A stretch of 36,296 bases of DNA from positions 1 through 36,296 of the forward strand of contig JASJQH010006934.1 of the NCBI GenBank assembly GCA_040143965.1. The letters run 5' to 3'. This DNA is from Basidiobolus ranarum. Lineage: Eukaryota. A model generated the notes under the pieces. That model made no database searches and was not told the DNA's origin. It saw only the letters and a list, made by a program, of their open reading frames with translations. Every line of letters begins with the position of its first letter. The stretch's first letter is position 1. A program made the position numbers and the translations under genes. Positions 24,683-36,296 of the stretch are shown here, piece after piece.

Positions 24683-26348
24683 ATGTCGAACAAGGTTAGT
24701 ATTCGTGGAATTTGGTGATAGCTTCATCTCAAATGTTAATCTATTTTCTCAGAATTTTGCAGCGTCGCAAGACAACCACATCGATAAGTACGATGTCACC
24801 GAAAAAAGCATCGAAGATGTAGAGCACAGACCTAAAGATACGTTAAAGCGTGCTCTTACCGCTAGACAGGTCCAAATGATCGCCATTGGCGGTACTATTG
24901 GCACCGGTCTCTTTCTTGGCACAGGAAAATCTCTGAGTACTGGTGGTCCGGGTAGCATGTTGATTGCTTATGCAATCATTGGTGTTATTGTATACTTCAC
25001 CATGATATCGCTGGGTGAAATGGCTACTTACATCCCTGTTGCCGGTTCTTTTAACACATATGCCAACCGCTTTGTTGATGAAGGCTTAGGCTTTGCTCTT
25101 ACTTGGAATTACTGGTTCAATGATGCGGTGAGTGTTGCTTCCGATCTAACCGCCGCTCAAATAATTTTGAATTATTGGAATGTTGATTTTCCTGGATGGG
25201 CTATCTCGCTTATTTTCCTTGTTTTCCTGGTTTCCATTAATGCGATAGACGTTAGATTCTACGGCGAGATAGAGTACTGGCTATCTCTACTCAAAGTCAT
25301 CACCATCATTCTATTTATTATCATTGGTATTTGCGTTAACCTTGGCGCCAATAAGGGGTACGGATATATTGGCTTTCAATATTGGACACTTGGAGATGCG
25401 CCTTTTGTCGGTGGTATTGGTGGATTTGCATCTGTGTTTGTCACTGCAGCATTCGCTTATGGTGGCACTGAATCAATCGGTATCACTGCCGGTGAAACAA
25501 AAAACCCTAGAAAGAATGTACCCAAAGTTATTCGCAACGTTTTCTGGAGAATTTTAATGTTCTACATTATGAGCATTTTTGTCATCGGTCTCGACGTCCC
25601 TTACAACGCGGAGAATTTGACCGAAAAGAATTCCAGAGATTCTCCTTTTACTTTAGTCTTCAAGATGACTGGTTTCGAGGTTGCTCCTTCCTTCATTAAT
25701 GCTGTTGTGCTTACTTCAGTTATTTCTGCTGGTAATCATGCTCTGTTTGCTGGTACTAGACTTCTTCACACTCTTGGAGAACAAGGACATGCCCCTAAGT
25801 TTTTTACCAAGCTTACTAAGAATCGTGTACCCATCTATTCGTTGCTCGCTACTGCTGCTATTTCTTGTGTGTGCTTTGCTTCCTCCTACGTTGGTAGCGG
25901 TGCTCTTTGGAATTGGTTGCAGAATTTAGTAGGTGTATCTAACCAGATGAGTTGGATTGCCATTGGTGTCACTTCTTATCGTTTCCGTAAAGCCTATGAA
26001 ATCCAAGGAAAAGACCTGAATGAGCTACCCTTCAAGAGTCCATTGTATCCATATGGACCCATATTCGTTGTTGTTGCTAATAGCATTCTGGTTTTGGTTC
26101 AAGGATGGAGTTCATTCAAATCTTCCCCCACTGGTGGCTTTGACTTTGTCACATTTCTCTCATTCTATATTCAAATTCCATTCATGGCTGTCATGTGGCT
26201 AGGATGGAAGTTCTTTAAAGGCACTAAGGTTGCCAAATACGAGGATATGGATCTCGATACAGATAGGTATTACGATACTGCAGAAGATCTTCGTGATAAT
26301 GAGAAAGGAGATGGATTTATCCAGCGCGCTCTCCACTATTTCTTCTAG
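24683..26348 (+). CDS. Amino-acid permease (APC superfamily, YAT family)
   Basis: LKRALTARQVQMIAIGGTIGTGLFLGTG, FYGEIEYW, FAYGGTE...AGETKNP and ~12 TM segments. The likely true start is ATG 24683 (MSNK), with intron 24695-24752 joining the long ORF in frame. Confidence 0.96.
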
Positions 26349-26414
26349 AAAGGAGAATAGTATTATTAATGCCCTTGATAACGATACGTTCTTTGTAAGT
26401 TATTCAATTTTGTA

Positions 26415-26491
26415 ACTATCATATTAGATTTCTACACATTCCTATACCTCATCACTATCATGTTAGATTCCTACACATTCCTATACCTCAT
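26415..26491. repeat. 2 x 39-bp tandem duplication in the permease 3' flank
   Basis: actatcatattagatttctacacattcctatacctcat is repeated with 2 substitutions. Confidence 0.9.
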
Positions 26492-27276
26492 ACTGTACAT
26501 TACCAATCTAATCATTTTCGACAAATAAAATTCGAATTAAATCAAATATAATCATTGGAGAGGATTGGCCCGGTTTCGAGAAACGTTGAGCCATCCAAGG
26601 TTGCTGGGTGAAGTAGGGGGTACATGTAGGGGATGGATGTGTATCTCTTCATTGCATTACTCAGCTGGATCTAGTTGATCGTTTCGAGAATGATTAATCG
26701 CTATTCATATTGAGGTGATCGACCGTAACCCTAACCCTAGATTAAATAAATCAACGTGCTTGGTTGGATGCACATCATGTAATCAAGTAAAAGGATGTAG
26801 ATGAATTGCATGATGAAGGTGGTGGTGTGGATGGTGTAGATGAATAGTATACAATGGTACAGATGAATGCTATAGATGAATGGTACAGAGCATAGATGAA
26901 TCCCCTAAACAATTTGAGAAAAGTGACTTGATTATGAAATCATAATGTTGTTTTGGGATTCTGGATGACTCCTGATGCTGATGTCGACACACACTAATGT
27001 GATGTAACTTATCTAGATCAGGAAACTTATGCAAAGTGAACTGAGTCAGCATCTAAATCACATATTTCATATCGCATATCGTATATCACTTACCACCTAG
27101 CAGTAAATCCCAACTCTCGCCTGTTGCAGCGATGTTGCTAGGTGGGAGGACGGGAGGATGGGAAATTCCTATTTTATATATTAAACCTTTGCAAGTAATG
27201 TCGTCAGTCAAGATGACGTTGGGATTTCTTGCAACCATCTTCGAATTTAATTTACTCCTCTATCTTCTTTCAGCAT

Positions 27277-27284
27277 TGACGTCA
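27277..27284. promoter_or_regulatory. Perfect CRE palindrome TGACGTCA upstream of the bZIP gene
   Basis: Exact match ~340 nt upstream of ATG 27620, with additional TGACG half-sites at ~27202 and 27214. Confidence 0.45.
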
Positions 27285-27619
27285 CCAAGTCATCTTGTTC
27301 CAGCTATTTAGCTCTCTCTCCTCAGCATTCCACTACTTGTATTCATTCGAGTGAATTTGCTATTACTTTGGTGTTCCTTTTGTCATCTTCCTTACGCGCG
27401 CTGTTCCTGATACTATTTCATTCTACAGTTTCTAATATCCACAAGTTAGTCGTCGTCATTATCCTCTCGATTTGTAACCTTTATCCGCAATCGAACTTTA
27501 GTTCCGAATAAATAGCACCAACTTCCCGAGGTTATATCACGTTGTTCTAACAGTACACAAAACATAGCTGAACAATCCTTTACATTAAGCGTGACATCCC
27601 CAGTTGCTTTCAGTCAAAG

Positions 27620-28450
27620 ATGACTGAGCAACTCTCCTCTAACCCAAATCCTTACTACACCACCCATTCTTCGCATGGCTGGAAAGAAGATCAATCGAAT
27701 TCCACTCACCCTTCCAGTCCAGACTTTCAACAACGAAAAGTTGCTTCCCGTAGAAGGAAAGCCCAAAATCCATCTATCGATAATCCTGCCTCTCCAAGGG
27801 TTCAGCCCCCATTTCCACATAATACCTCTCCACATCTACCTATTCTTCCTCCGCCAATTGCCACCTCTTACCAAAATCCCATGCCGAACACTGTGATTAT
27901 GTCACCGGCATCAATATTGGATCAAAGTTCTTCTCCAACTGATCCATTGCCGTTTACCAGACCCATGTCACATATACATCTACCGTCTCCAGATATGCTA
28001 CAACTACGACACTCAGTACCTCCGGCAATACCAGTATTTCCAAGCATGGCAAACATGTCGTCATCTTTACCATCATCATCTTTTGCAACATCGGCCTTGC
28101 CAGCATATTCATTATCAAATTCTTTCCCACCTACATCAATGTCCGAGCTCTCACCTAGTCCAGGTGCTGACAATGATGAGGGATTTAGTAGCTATGCTCA
28201 ATCCGAAGCAATGAACGAAGAAACCGCCCATATACAAGTACGAAGCGGTGTATTAAAGAGCCTTACCAGTGATGAGCGCAAACAACGGCGACTGTTGAGA
28301 AATAGACTTGCGGCGAAAGAATGTCGAAAGAAGAAAAAAGCATACGTGATAGAGCTTGAAGATAAAGTTCAACAACTGGAGGGAGAAAATTCCCAACTAA
28401 AATCGGAAATTCAACAACTGAACACTAAGCTCAACTCATCCACATGGTGA
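27620..28450 (+). CDS. bZIP transcription factor, CREB/ATF-like
   Basis: S/P-rich N-terminus, basic region RKQRRLLRNRLAAKECRKKKKAYV, leucine zipper LEDKVQQLEGENSQLKSEIQQL. Confidence 0.93.
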   Translation: MTEQLSSNPNPYYTTHSSHGWKEDQSNSTHPSSPDFQQRKVASRRRKAQNPSIDNPASPRVQPPFPHNTSPHLPILPPPIATSYQNPMPNTVIMSPASILDQSSSPTDPLPFTRPMSHIHLPSPDMLQLRHSVPPAIPVFPSMANMSSSLPSSSFATSALPAYSLSNSFPPTSMSELSPSPGADNDEGFSSYAQSEAMNEETAHIQVRSGVLKSLTSDERKQRRLLRNRLAAKECRKKKKAYVIELEDKVQQLEGENSQLKSEIQQLNTKLNSSTW

Positions 28451-29024
28451 ATAGAATCACCGAATACTTCTGTTTCGGAATAAGTAGCGCAGGGTTTCTG
28501 GCTCATGAGTTCTTGTCGTAACAATGTTCATCTTGAAACAGGAGACTTTCTCATGCGATGATCATTACAGTATCTCGATAATGAAGCTCGTTATTACTGC
28601 GTGTGGAGTTCAATAGTTTGGTGGAGTTCAATGGTTTGGTGTATTCCAAGAAATTTCATCACGATTGTAGCAGCACTCAGTTTAATTCAATATGCTCTCT
28701 ACGTGATCAAGTGGACTTTGATGCAGATTAGAGTTCCTTTCAATTTACTTTATTATAGAGCTATTTCTACAGTTGTAATTATTTCCTCTTTTACTAATTC
28801 ACGTGCATATACACATGATTTGTAAATATTCATTTATTTTGTTTAGCCATCTTGTTGAACTGCTCAACCTTCAGTATAATTGGTCAACTATATATATATG
28901 GTTGATTCGAGCTGTATTAGGAACTCTGCATTGGAGTCACGGGGCTTTGTAATAAAACCACTCAGCATATTCCATATGAACAAATTGTGTTCTACTCCTC
29001 CTTGCTTTCCTATCATCCTTTCAT

Positions 29025-29969
29025 ATGATGAGGAGTCTTCGAGGCATCCTTCCAAATTTTTACTTTCGTCGCTTATTTTATGCTGGAATAACTGCCATTT
29101 TCTTATGTTCCTTTGTATTGCCTGTATTCATTATTTATCTACAGAAAGGCCCGAAATATATCAACACACAATATGGCTCCACCTTGGAAACCCGTCTCGA
29201 TATGATGATCACTGTTGTGACTGTTGATAGTATTTCTCTGAGGTCAACGCTCAGTGTTGACTTTAATCCCATGGGAAGCTTGATAACGGACGGGAAGTTA
29301 AAGCTCAACGACACAGTCTCAGTCAATTTTTTATACAAATCATTCACCTTTCCACAGAACAGTTCTTCAATATTGCCCAGTGGCGAGATATCGGTACCAT
29401 TCTACGAAGGGACCCGTCGAAATTATCCTTTTGATGTTTATAAAGGGGATGTACTGCTCTACGCCGCTATACCAAAAGTAGGGGATGACTTGGTGGTTCC
29501 TATTTCCGTTTCATTTACCGCCAATGTACAAAATTTCGAAATCTCGCCAGTGTTTAGTGTTCAGGATGAATTTAATATGATCACTTTCACAGCTAGAAGA
29601 TCTAACAATACTAAAGTCTTTAGTATTTGTGTGATCATACTGATGTGGGCTTTGTCCCTTGGTATCAGTTCGTTAGCTTTTCAGATTGTGATGCTGAAAC
29701 GGGAAATACAACCGCCTATTATGGCCCTGGGTGTATCTATGTTGTTCTCGTTACCAGCGTTGCGAAATATTCAGCCAGGCATTCCAAGTATTGGGTGCGG
29801 TGCGGATATGATTGGATTCTTCTGGAATATGTTTCTGGTAGCTATCTCAGCTATTGGTTTCATATGGACATACTCAGCTACTTGGTCACGTCCACCACGA
29901 GTAGTGGATGCACCAACACCAGCATCGACCGACTCCTGTCAAACCTCAACTATCCAGAAGATAAATTAG
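29025..29969 (+). CDS. DUF4436-like membrane protein (N-terminal TM, beta-rich domain with YPFD, three C-terminal TMs)
   Basis: Intronless 314-aa ORF. RNYPFDVY and MLFSLPALRNIQPGIPSIG...D...FFW match the DUF4436 pattern as I recall it. Confidence 0.78.
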   Translation: MMRSLRGILPNFYFRRLFYAGITAIFLCSFVLPVFIIYLQKGPKYINTQYGSTLETRLDMMITVVTVDSISLRSTLSVDFNPMGSLITDGKLKLNDTVSVNFLYKSFTFPQNSSSILPSGEISVPFYEGTRRNYPFDVYKGDVLLYAAIPKVGDDLVVPISVSFTANVQNFEISPVFSVQDEFNMITFTARRSNNTKVFSICVIILMWALSLGISSLAFQIVMLKREIQPPIMALGVSMLFSLPALRNIQPGIPSIGCGADMIGFFWNMFLVAISAIGFIWTYSATWSRPPRVVDAPTPASTDSCQTSTIQKIN

Positions 29970-30552
29970 TAGTAAGTAAAATGATTTAGATGTGGATGCA
30001 GTTGCAGATGCAAATGTAGATGTATATGAAGTTCTGAAACAATGAATAATAAATTGGCTAGCAATACACGTCCGACACCTTGATGCTTTTACTGATCTAC
30101 TACTACCATTGTCATATCCGGAAGGATCTACAGAATGTGGATTTTTTACTGACAGTTACGGAGTTATTCCTTCATTATACTAGATATAGATGCTTCTGTG
30201 ATCAATACATTCAGCTCGTTAACATGCACGATATTGGATAATATAAAGGTTAGCAAAAGGGTGCCACTTAAGCCATTTACTGTAAGTTGTTGACACTCAT
30301 AAACTCACAAGTACTGACATATTGGAGCTTAGCCACATTTTGGAATCTTGCCAAGCTCAATCATGTAGCTTTAAATCACCATTGTAAGCATTACTTTTTT
30401 TGCACATGAAAGGAATAAAGTCTATAAATATCATCTTTACACCACTGTTTTGTATCAAAATTACAATCTAGTCATCATTTCTAGTAACATTGAGCAAAGG
30501 TGGGACATGTTTGAACTTGTAGTAATTTCTATATATGATTAAACTTACCAAC

Positions 30553-31487
30553 AAACTGTTGAAGTATTTTGGGAGTTTGTTGCAAGTGGTTTGGAGAACT
30601 AGAAGATTTGGTGGTTTTCACTTATTGATTTATGGAGTAGAAAGCTGACATTGATAGATTTGTCAAGAGGTAAGCAAACAACATGTGTTAAGAAAGGTCC
30701 AGGAACATGTGTGCAAGGTTTGGGGGCTTCTAGGACAGGTTTGAAATATATATATCTTTAAGTAGATTCCTCTTGAGAATAGTGGGTGATATCTTGGTGA
30801 AATATGGAACAACTAAATACTAAGCTATACATGACCATGTAGAAGTTTAGGTTATGCTAATTTTAACACAAACTAGTTATAGATACTTTCATTGAAATTT
30901 GATTTCCATTTTTTATTAGGAATACTTTAGCTGAGTGTATGTTTTGAGAGTTTTCATTGCAATATCACTTGATAATATTTAGATTTTATATAAAAATTAA
31001 GCAAAATATATTTTAAATCTTATTCAACATTATGCTACTGCATGTTACATATATGTATATATTAAATGTTAGTACATATATATATATATATGAATATAAT
31101 ATCAAATGCAAGGCCTAAGATTGCTCAAAAGAGCAATCAACTTTCATATGTATGATTGAAGTTAGCATGCCTAAGCACCTATATAGTCATATATATCTTA
31201 GTATTTAGCTATCCTATATTGAACTAAGATATCACTCATTATTCTTAATTGGAATTTACTTAGAAGTTCTCAGATGTATAGGTTTTTCAAGCTTGTGCTA
31301 GAGACCCCAAACTTTGCGCACAGGTTCCTGCATCCTTCCTTAACACATTCTTCATGTTATTATGTCTACATCTCAACAAAACTATCAATATCAACTTTCT
31401 ACTCAATAAATCAATAAGTGAAAACCACCAATTTCTCTAGTTCTCCAAAGAACTTCCAACGGGCTCCCAAAATACTTTAACAGCTTT
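30553..31487. repeat. Long imperfect inverted repeat (foldback/MITE-like relic)
   Basis: The arm at ~30553-30866 is the reverse complement of ~31155-31487, e.g. ggtggttttcacttattgattta vs taaatcaataagtgaaaaccacc. The spacer is AT-rich, ~290 bp. Confidence 0.9.
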
Positions 31488-33293
31488 TACTTCCTACAAA
31501 CCTAACATTATAATTATGCACACAAGTAGATGTTTCTTGGCGATTCTTATTGATATGAAGTGATGAGTACATATATATTTGATCTCTTGCTTTTATTACT
31601 GGGCTTGAGCCTTTATCAACCAGACTAGTCATAAACAACAATTATATAACTCTGTTTTGCTTTACCATTTACTATATCAAAGTATATAAAGATTGCCACA
31701 GTAATTGCAGTCTGACTTTCGCCAAGCATTCCTCTTTCATTTACTACTGGGTTGAGTGTGAGTGAGAGCTGAAGCTGAGTCAGAGAGACTTTAGCAACAA
31801 TTTCAAAACATTGGCAAACATGCAGTATTGCATTTGACATATTAATCAACTAGAGACATAACGTCTACTTTGGACATTTCTCAGAAAACACCAAATTCAC
31901 CAACTCCTTAAACTCTGTGCATCTCTTCTGTAGTACCCTTGCACAAAATCTAGCTGGCCTTTTCTTCGATTTAGTAAAAATAGGTATAAAATCAAAGTAA
32001 ACCAATCCTAATCAGTCTTAAATACTTACAACAACATGTATCATTTCCTAGCGTATCCTCTTCCCAAATATTCCCATTAATGCAAAATGCCTTCAAGCCC
32101 GATAAGGCAAAGAGTGAGAATGCAATGACAATAACAATATGCAAAGTGTAGCCAAGATCCAATATCTGTTACTAAACCCCTTAGATTTAATATTGTATCC
32201 AGTTATTCAAGTACAGATAGCCATACAAAATCTAACCATACAATTCTCTTGTCGATAGAATTAGCGTAGTTTAAGTTCAAGATGTATATCGAAGTAAGAA
32301 ATCGGTTCAGTATTCCTAATTCAGGATGACTACTCCGGATGTACTTACTGTGGCTAAAGCAATTGTAAGAACGCAATGATACCGATCTATACTAATACCT
32401 CCAATGAAAGATCTTAAACATTCCCTGCAGGTGGTCAACAGTAATAAAACCTCTACCGAACTTATAATATTGGTAGACTTTGTTAGTGGATAAGCCGTAT
32501 ATGATTTGCCCCAGAGACCTTGCACTATGATTCCTACTACTTTCGTATTAACAATGCAAATCCTTGATTTGAATGAAATATTATAACACCTAATCATCAG
32601 TGACAATCCACAGCACGGAGTCGGAGTAGGGGTGATGAATAGATACAACAATCGCGGAAAAAAGCGTCAAACTCCGATGGATATACAATCTATTACCTTT
32701 TCATACATATAAATGTTGTTGCGAGTGGCAACTAGTGCATACTGAGAAAGAGGGGCAAAATAGTGCTGAATAGTATAGCCCAAGTTCGAGTCCGTGCCAT
32801 CAGAGCTTCCCTAGGAAAATGCTGATGATCGCAGAACTTGAAATACCCCTAGTGCCATCATCTCCGCCTTATTACATAAGCCTCATGACACAAGTTTTGT
32901 GGATACCTGCTTCATGGATACGATACCATGAATTTTAAATGAAACGGTTGGAAAATCTAAGAATAACATAGGAAGTAGTAGCCGCCTTCAAGTCTTGGGT
33001 TATTTCACTGTAGGTGAGGTGCAAGTGAAGCATATGTCTGACATATCACTTTGTGGAAGAACAATGACAGTTCCGAATTAGGATACAGACAAGTGATCGC
33101 CCTGTTTTGACATATCAGAATTGTACTGAGTTACATCATGTCGCATTTGTGGTTCAGAGGTTCTCGCTTAGTACTTAGAGTCGAAACATTTCCAATGAAA
33201 GACGGAACGGACTTTGAGTGCTGTATATATATTAATTCGAGGTAAGCAATCGATTTACCAAATTGTAGAATTATCATCGCTTTGGAATTTACA

Positions 33294-33506
33294 ATGGAAA
33301 GCCAGAAGCGTCGTTTCGTCCCTCAGAAGTTCCTCCCAAAGGTTTTATCACAGAAGGGAATAAAGAATCTCCATACACATACAAATAAGACAGTATCCGC
33401 TTACCTAGCAAGGTGTCAAGGCCACGGGTCTCTTCCACCTTTCGAAGAATTGGTGGAAAACGAAGTCACCATCTATGTTTGCCTTACACCGTCCGTTGCT
33501 CGCTGA
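33294..33506 (+). CDS. Small hypothetical protein (70 aa), paralog of 34704-34925
   Basis: ATG 33294 in ACAATGG context, TATATATA ~70 nt upstream, AATAAA ~55 nt downstream of the stop. C-terminus LPPFEELVENEVTIYVCLTPSVAR*. Confidence 0.7.
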   Translation: MESQKRRFVPQKFLPKVLSQKGIKNLHTHTNKTVSAYLARCQGHGSLPPFEELVENEVTIYVCLTPSVAR

Positions 33507-34703
33507 AAGTAGCATATATATCACTTGTACATATACATAATTATTTACCGTTCCATTTGAATAAACAAATGTTCATAGATTAAATTATGCATTCATTGAT
33601 TACATTCTACGCTATACTGCTAACGTGCTTCAAAATAGTCCATTTTATATAAATTATCCCGAAATATCCATCTAAATTATTGAAAGTCTTAGAATTTCTA
33701 TCAATAAAGTAAGATTTCCGGTAAATACTCCTTATGTTCCGTGGCACTAAGAAGAGACAACACCAATGGGAAAGCATGCAACTATACCTAATAATATGGT
33801 AGTTTTTCCATTCTGAGTTGTATTTGTGGCTTATATATGAAACATGTAAATATTGTAGTATCCATTACGTTTGGTGTAGGGGGCATGAAAGGGTATTATA
33901 GAAGCTGATAGTAAGAGTCGAAGTACAAGAGAGCTCTTAGTTGCTGACTTAAATTCAACAATTGCTCTTCAAGGTTTTACACATACACAAGTTCTAAATG
34001 AAGTGAAATACTAAAGGATAATTGCTAAGAGAGGTGAGAGAGATATCTATGATGAAGTCGTACAGCTAATCATTTTTCCTGCAATAGAACCCTATTTGCA
34101 CCAATCGTACATTTCAGATACCGCCTTATTTAACATAATATGTCCAAACGAGCAGTCCCTGTCAGGTCAATAGACTTGTAGATAAGGTTATTAGTCATTG
34201 CGTGGTTCTGAAACCCATTATATCACCTTGCATCCATCCATTAGAATCACTTTGGCCCAAAGCTGTGATGTCATGGAGAGGAGAGGAGTATGGTGATGTA
34301 GGCTACTTACATTCATAACGAGTAATGGGTAACAAAGACTTCGAGTTCCACCACTTGTAATGAAGCCCCGAATTAGTTTAACTTCTTACTAAGTTCACAC
34401 TCAGCTGGATCTTTGATATCTCGCTTTAAAGCAAGATAACATAAAATGTTCGGGGTATAAATTTGGCTCAAAACGAAACATCAAATAAAGAAAGCTGTCT
34501 AGATGATTCACCAGGGGAGTGAAATTTAAACGATGACATCTACAGTGCAGCAGAATGATTCATAATTTCCAATATTCACGAGAGAACATTTTGAAGAATA
34601 AAACGTCTCAAACTTATATAAAGGAGCGCACCTCGTACATTCTTTTCTCAGCAAAGAGTATTCTACATTAGCAATCAACTCCAAACATCAAACTTATATC
34701 GCT

Positions 34704-34925
34704 ATGATTGATCAATGCCTCCAAAGAACTACCAAGAACTCGAAATTACCTTTTCCACGCAGACCATCTTTAGAGAGAACCGTGAGCTGTCACTATCTCA
34801 ACAATGCAGATGAGCATACTTACCAGAAGCTGTCTCGGAAAAGAAGCCTTCTTCCTTCTTTTGAAGAAATCGTTCGTACTGAGTCTACGATGCGTATATC
34901 ACTAACTCCAACAGTGGCTCTCTAA
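34704..34925 (+). CDS. Small hypothetical protein (73 aa), paralog of 33294-33506
   Basis: TATATAAA at 34615, AATAAA at ~35050. C-terminus LPSFEEIVRTESTMRISLTPTVAL*. Confidence 0.7.
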   Translation: MIDQCLQRTTKNSKLPFPRRPSLERTVSCHYLNNADEHTYQKLSRKRSLLPSFEEIVRTESTMRISLTPTVAL

Positions 34926-36296
34926 TCTGGCATAGTTATTGAAGTAACTGTCTCTTAACATTGTAAATAATCACTATACCCATTTGATACCTCTAAATCT
35001 TTGTCATAAATTAACTATTCCCAGCTTTTTACTGTACACCTGTAAACCAATAAAACTGATAACGTTAAAGATATATATTTGCTTTGTTAAATTGTCTGTG
35101 CATTGAAAATCATCCAGTGCCCTTTCGACATAAATATGAGATTGAAGTTTGTTAAATGCCACGATACTGTGGCTTACTGAGCTTTCTCCTTATAAATACA
35201 TAAACTGCGCAACTACTTTTCAGCCAATAGTAGATCTCATAAATGCATGACTGGGTCCGTTTATATCGAGTTGAGTAATTCATACTAGCTGAAATACATG
35301 TGGTATTTTAATTAATCTAAAACCTCTATCATTTAAAGATATAGTAACAATCATGTTCATCGAGGCCGATTGATAGAACCGTCTCCATTATTCGGATTTC
35401 ATATGAATCTTACCGAAGTAACATCGATCAGATGTGCTTAGCTTGGATCATATTCTCAGCGTGGCGATACATGTAGAAATAAACTCAAAGGTACTTTTTA
35501 GCTCCTGCGATCTCGATTTGTAACAACCTAGCAATCACCTAACCTAGCAATCACTCCACTATCCAAATGAAAAGTTTGAGCGAAGATCGATCGCCAATTC
35601 ATAGTTCTAACATCCGTAGCAGATGAACTGATCGACTAGATGATATGGTGGTATGGCCTTGTTCATATCTCTAATTATTGTCAGCTTTGGACATCTAAAC
35701 ATTATTATTAAACGATCCAGTGTTAGAGTCATTCAGATTAATAATCTCTGTATTATAACAGCGCGTTTTTAACTTCATTACATTATGGCCATTTCAATTC
35801 ATGAAATTTATATCAAGCAGTTGAGCTACAGCAGCGACGAAGGAGGTCATATTTAATGACTTCTAATTAGATTCTGATGTTGTTGATTAGCATGGATAAT
35901 GCTATACAGCATATGCCATTGTATTTTTTATAAGCTGGTGCTATGAAATTGATCTACATGAAGGGTACTTCTATGAACAAGTTCTTAACTCTATTTGAGA
36001 GTAATTGAAATTCATGCTACACTATTGCTCATAACTGATTCAATGTTCAACGTGCGTTTCTTAAATAACAATATCACTGCATCCACTGTATGAATTAACT
36101 TTCTATTTAACTTGATCAGAGCCCAACTATCTCACCACATTTTTATATTATATCAAGCCACTTGTTTTGCAGCACATAGTACATATTGCCAGAGGAAAAC
36201 AACAAGTCCCCCTCAAATCTTATTCCTGAATATCATAGCTGTTTTACAATGATAGGTCAAAGTGATAATATTGAAGGGTTTGATTTTAAATAATAG

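Noticed and set aside
24749-26202. Alternative-frame ORFs within the permease (similar ones in the EDC3, bZIP and DUF4436-like genes)
   Set aside because: They overlap well-supported CDSs and lack domain features.
26727-26741. Telomere-like TAACCCTAACCCTA
   Set aside because: Only about two units; not enough for an interstitial telomere call.
26795-26901. Degenerate AGATGAAT repeats (also short duplications at 28603-28641 and ~35525-35555)
   Set aside because: They look like ordinary slippage-derived low-complexity repeats.
31625-32100. Possible decayed transposase or gene fragment with an intron-like GTAAGT on the minus strand
   Set aside because: Multiple stops and no recognisable motif, so it cannot be supported without a search.
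32620-32746. Additional C/D snoRNA (GTGATGA...CTGA)
   Set aside because: No recognisable rRNA complement, terminal stem or intron context.
32720-32800. tRNA suggested by B-box-like GTTCGAGTCC
   Set aside because: No T-stem or acceptor-stem pairing can be built.

Overview
This is AT-rich, intron-dense eukaryotic nuclear DNA with short GT-AG introns. The gene content (CABLES, C1-peroxin fusion, DUF4436-like protein, paired tyrosinases) suggests an early-diverging fungus (Zoopagomycota/Mucoromycota-like; inference). Gene order: 5' part of glucosamine-6-phosphate deaminase (-), complex I NDUFB2-like subunit (-), MOB1 (-), RVS161-like BAR protein (-), CABLES-like cyclin-fold protein (+), EDC3 (+), copper-ligand-deficient tyrosinase paralog (+), ERI-family exoribonuclease (-), a non-coding host gene with three near-equal introns that each carry an snR69-like C/D snoRNA (-), intact secreted tyrosinase (-), C1 + Pex24/dysferlin peroxin (-), eIF3f (+), MED8 (+), PQ-loop protein (-), amino-acid permease (+), CREB/ATF-like bZIP (+), DUF4436-like membrane protein with Pro-loop channel motifs (+), a ~930 bp foldback inverted repeat, and two paralogous ~70-aa microproteins (+). 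The most notable items are the triplicated intronic snoRNA cassette, the ion-channel-like DUF4436 gene, the pseudo-tyrosinase and the microprotein pair. All family calls come from manual motif recognition; no database searches were run.
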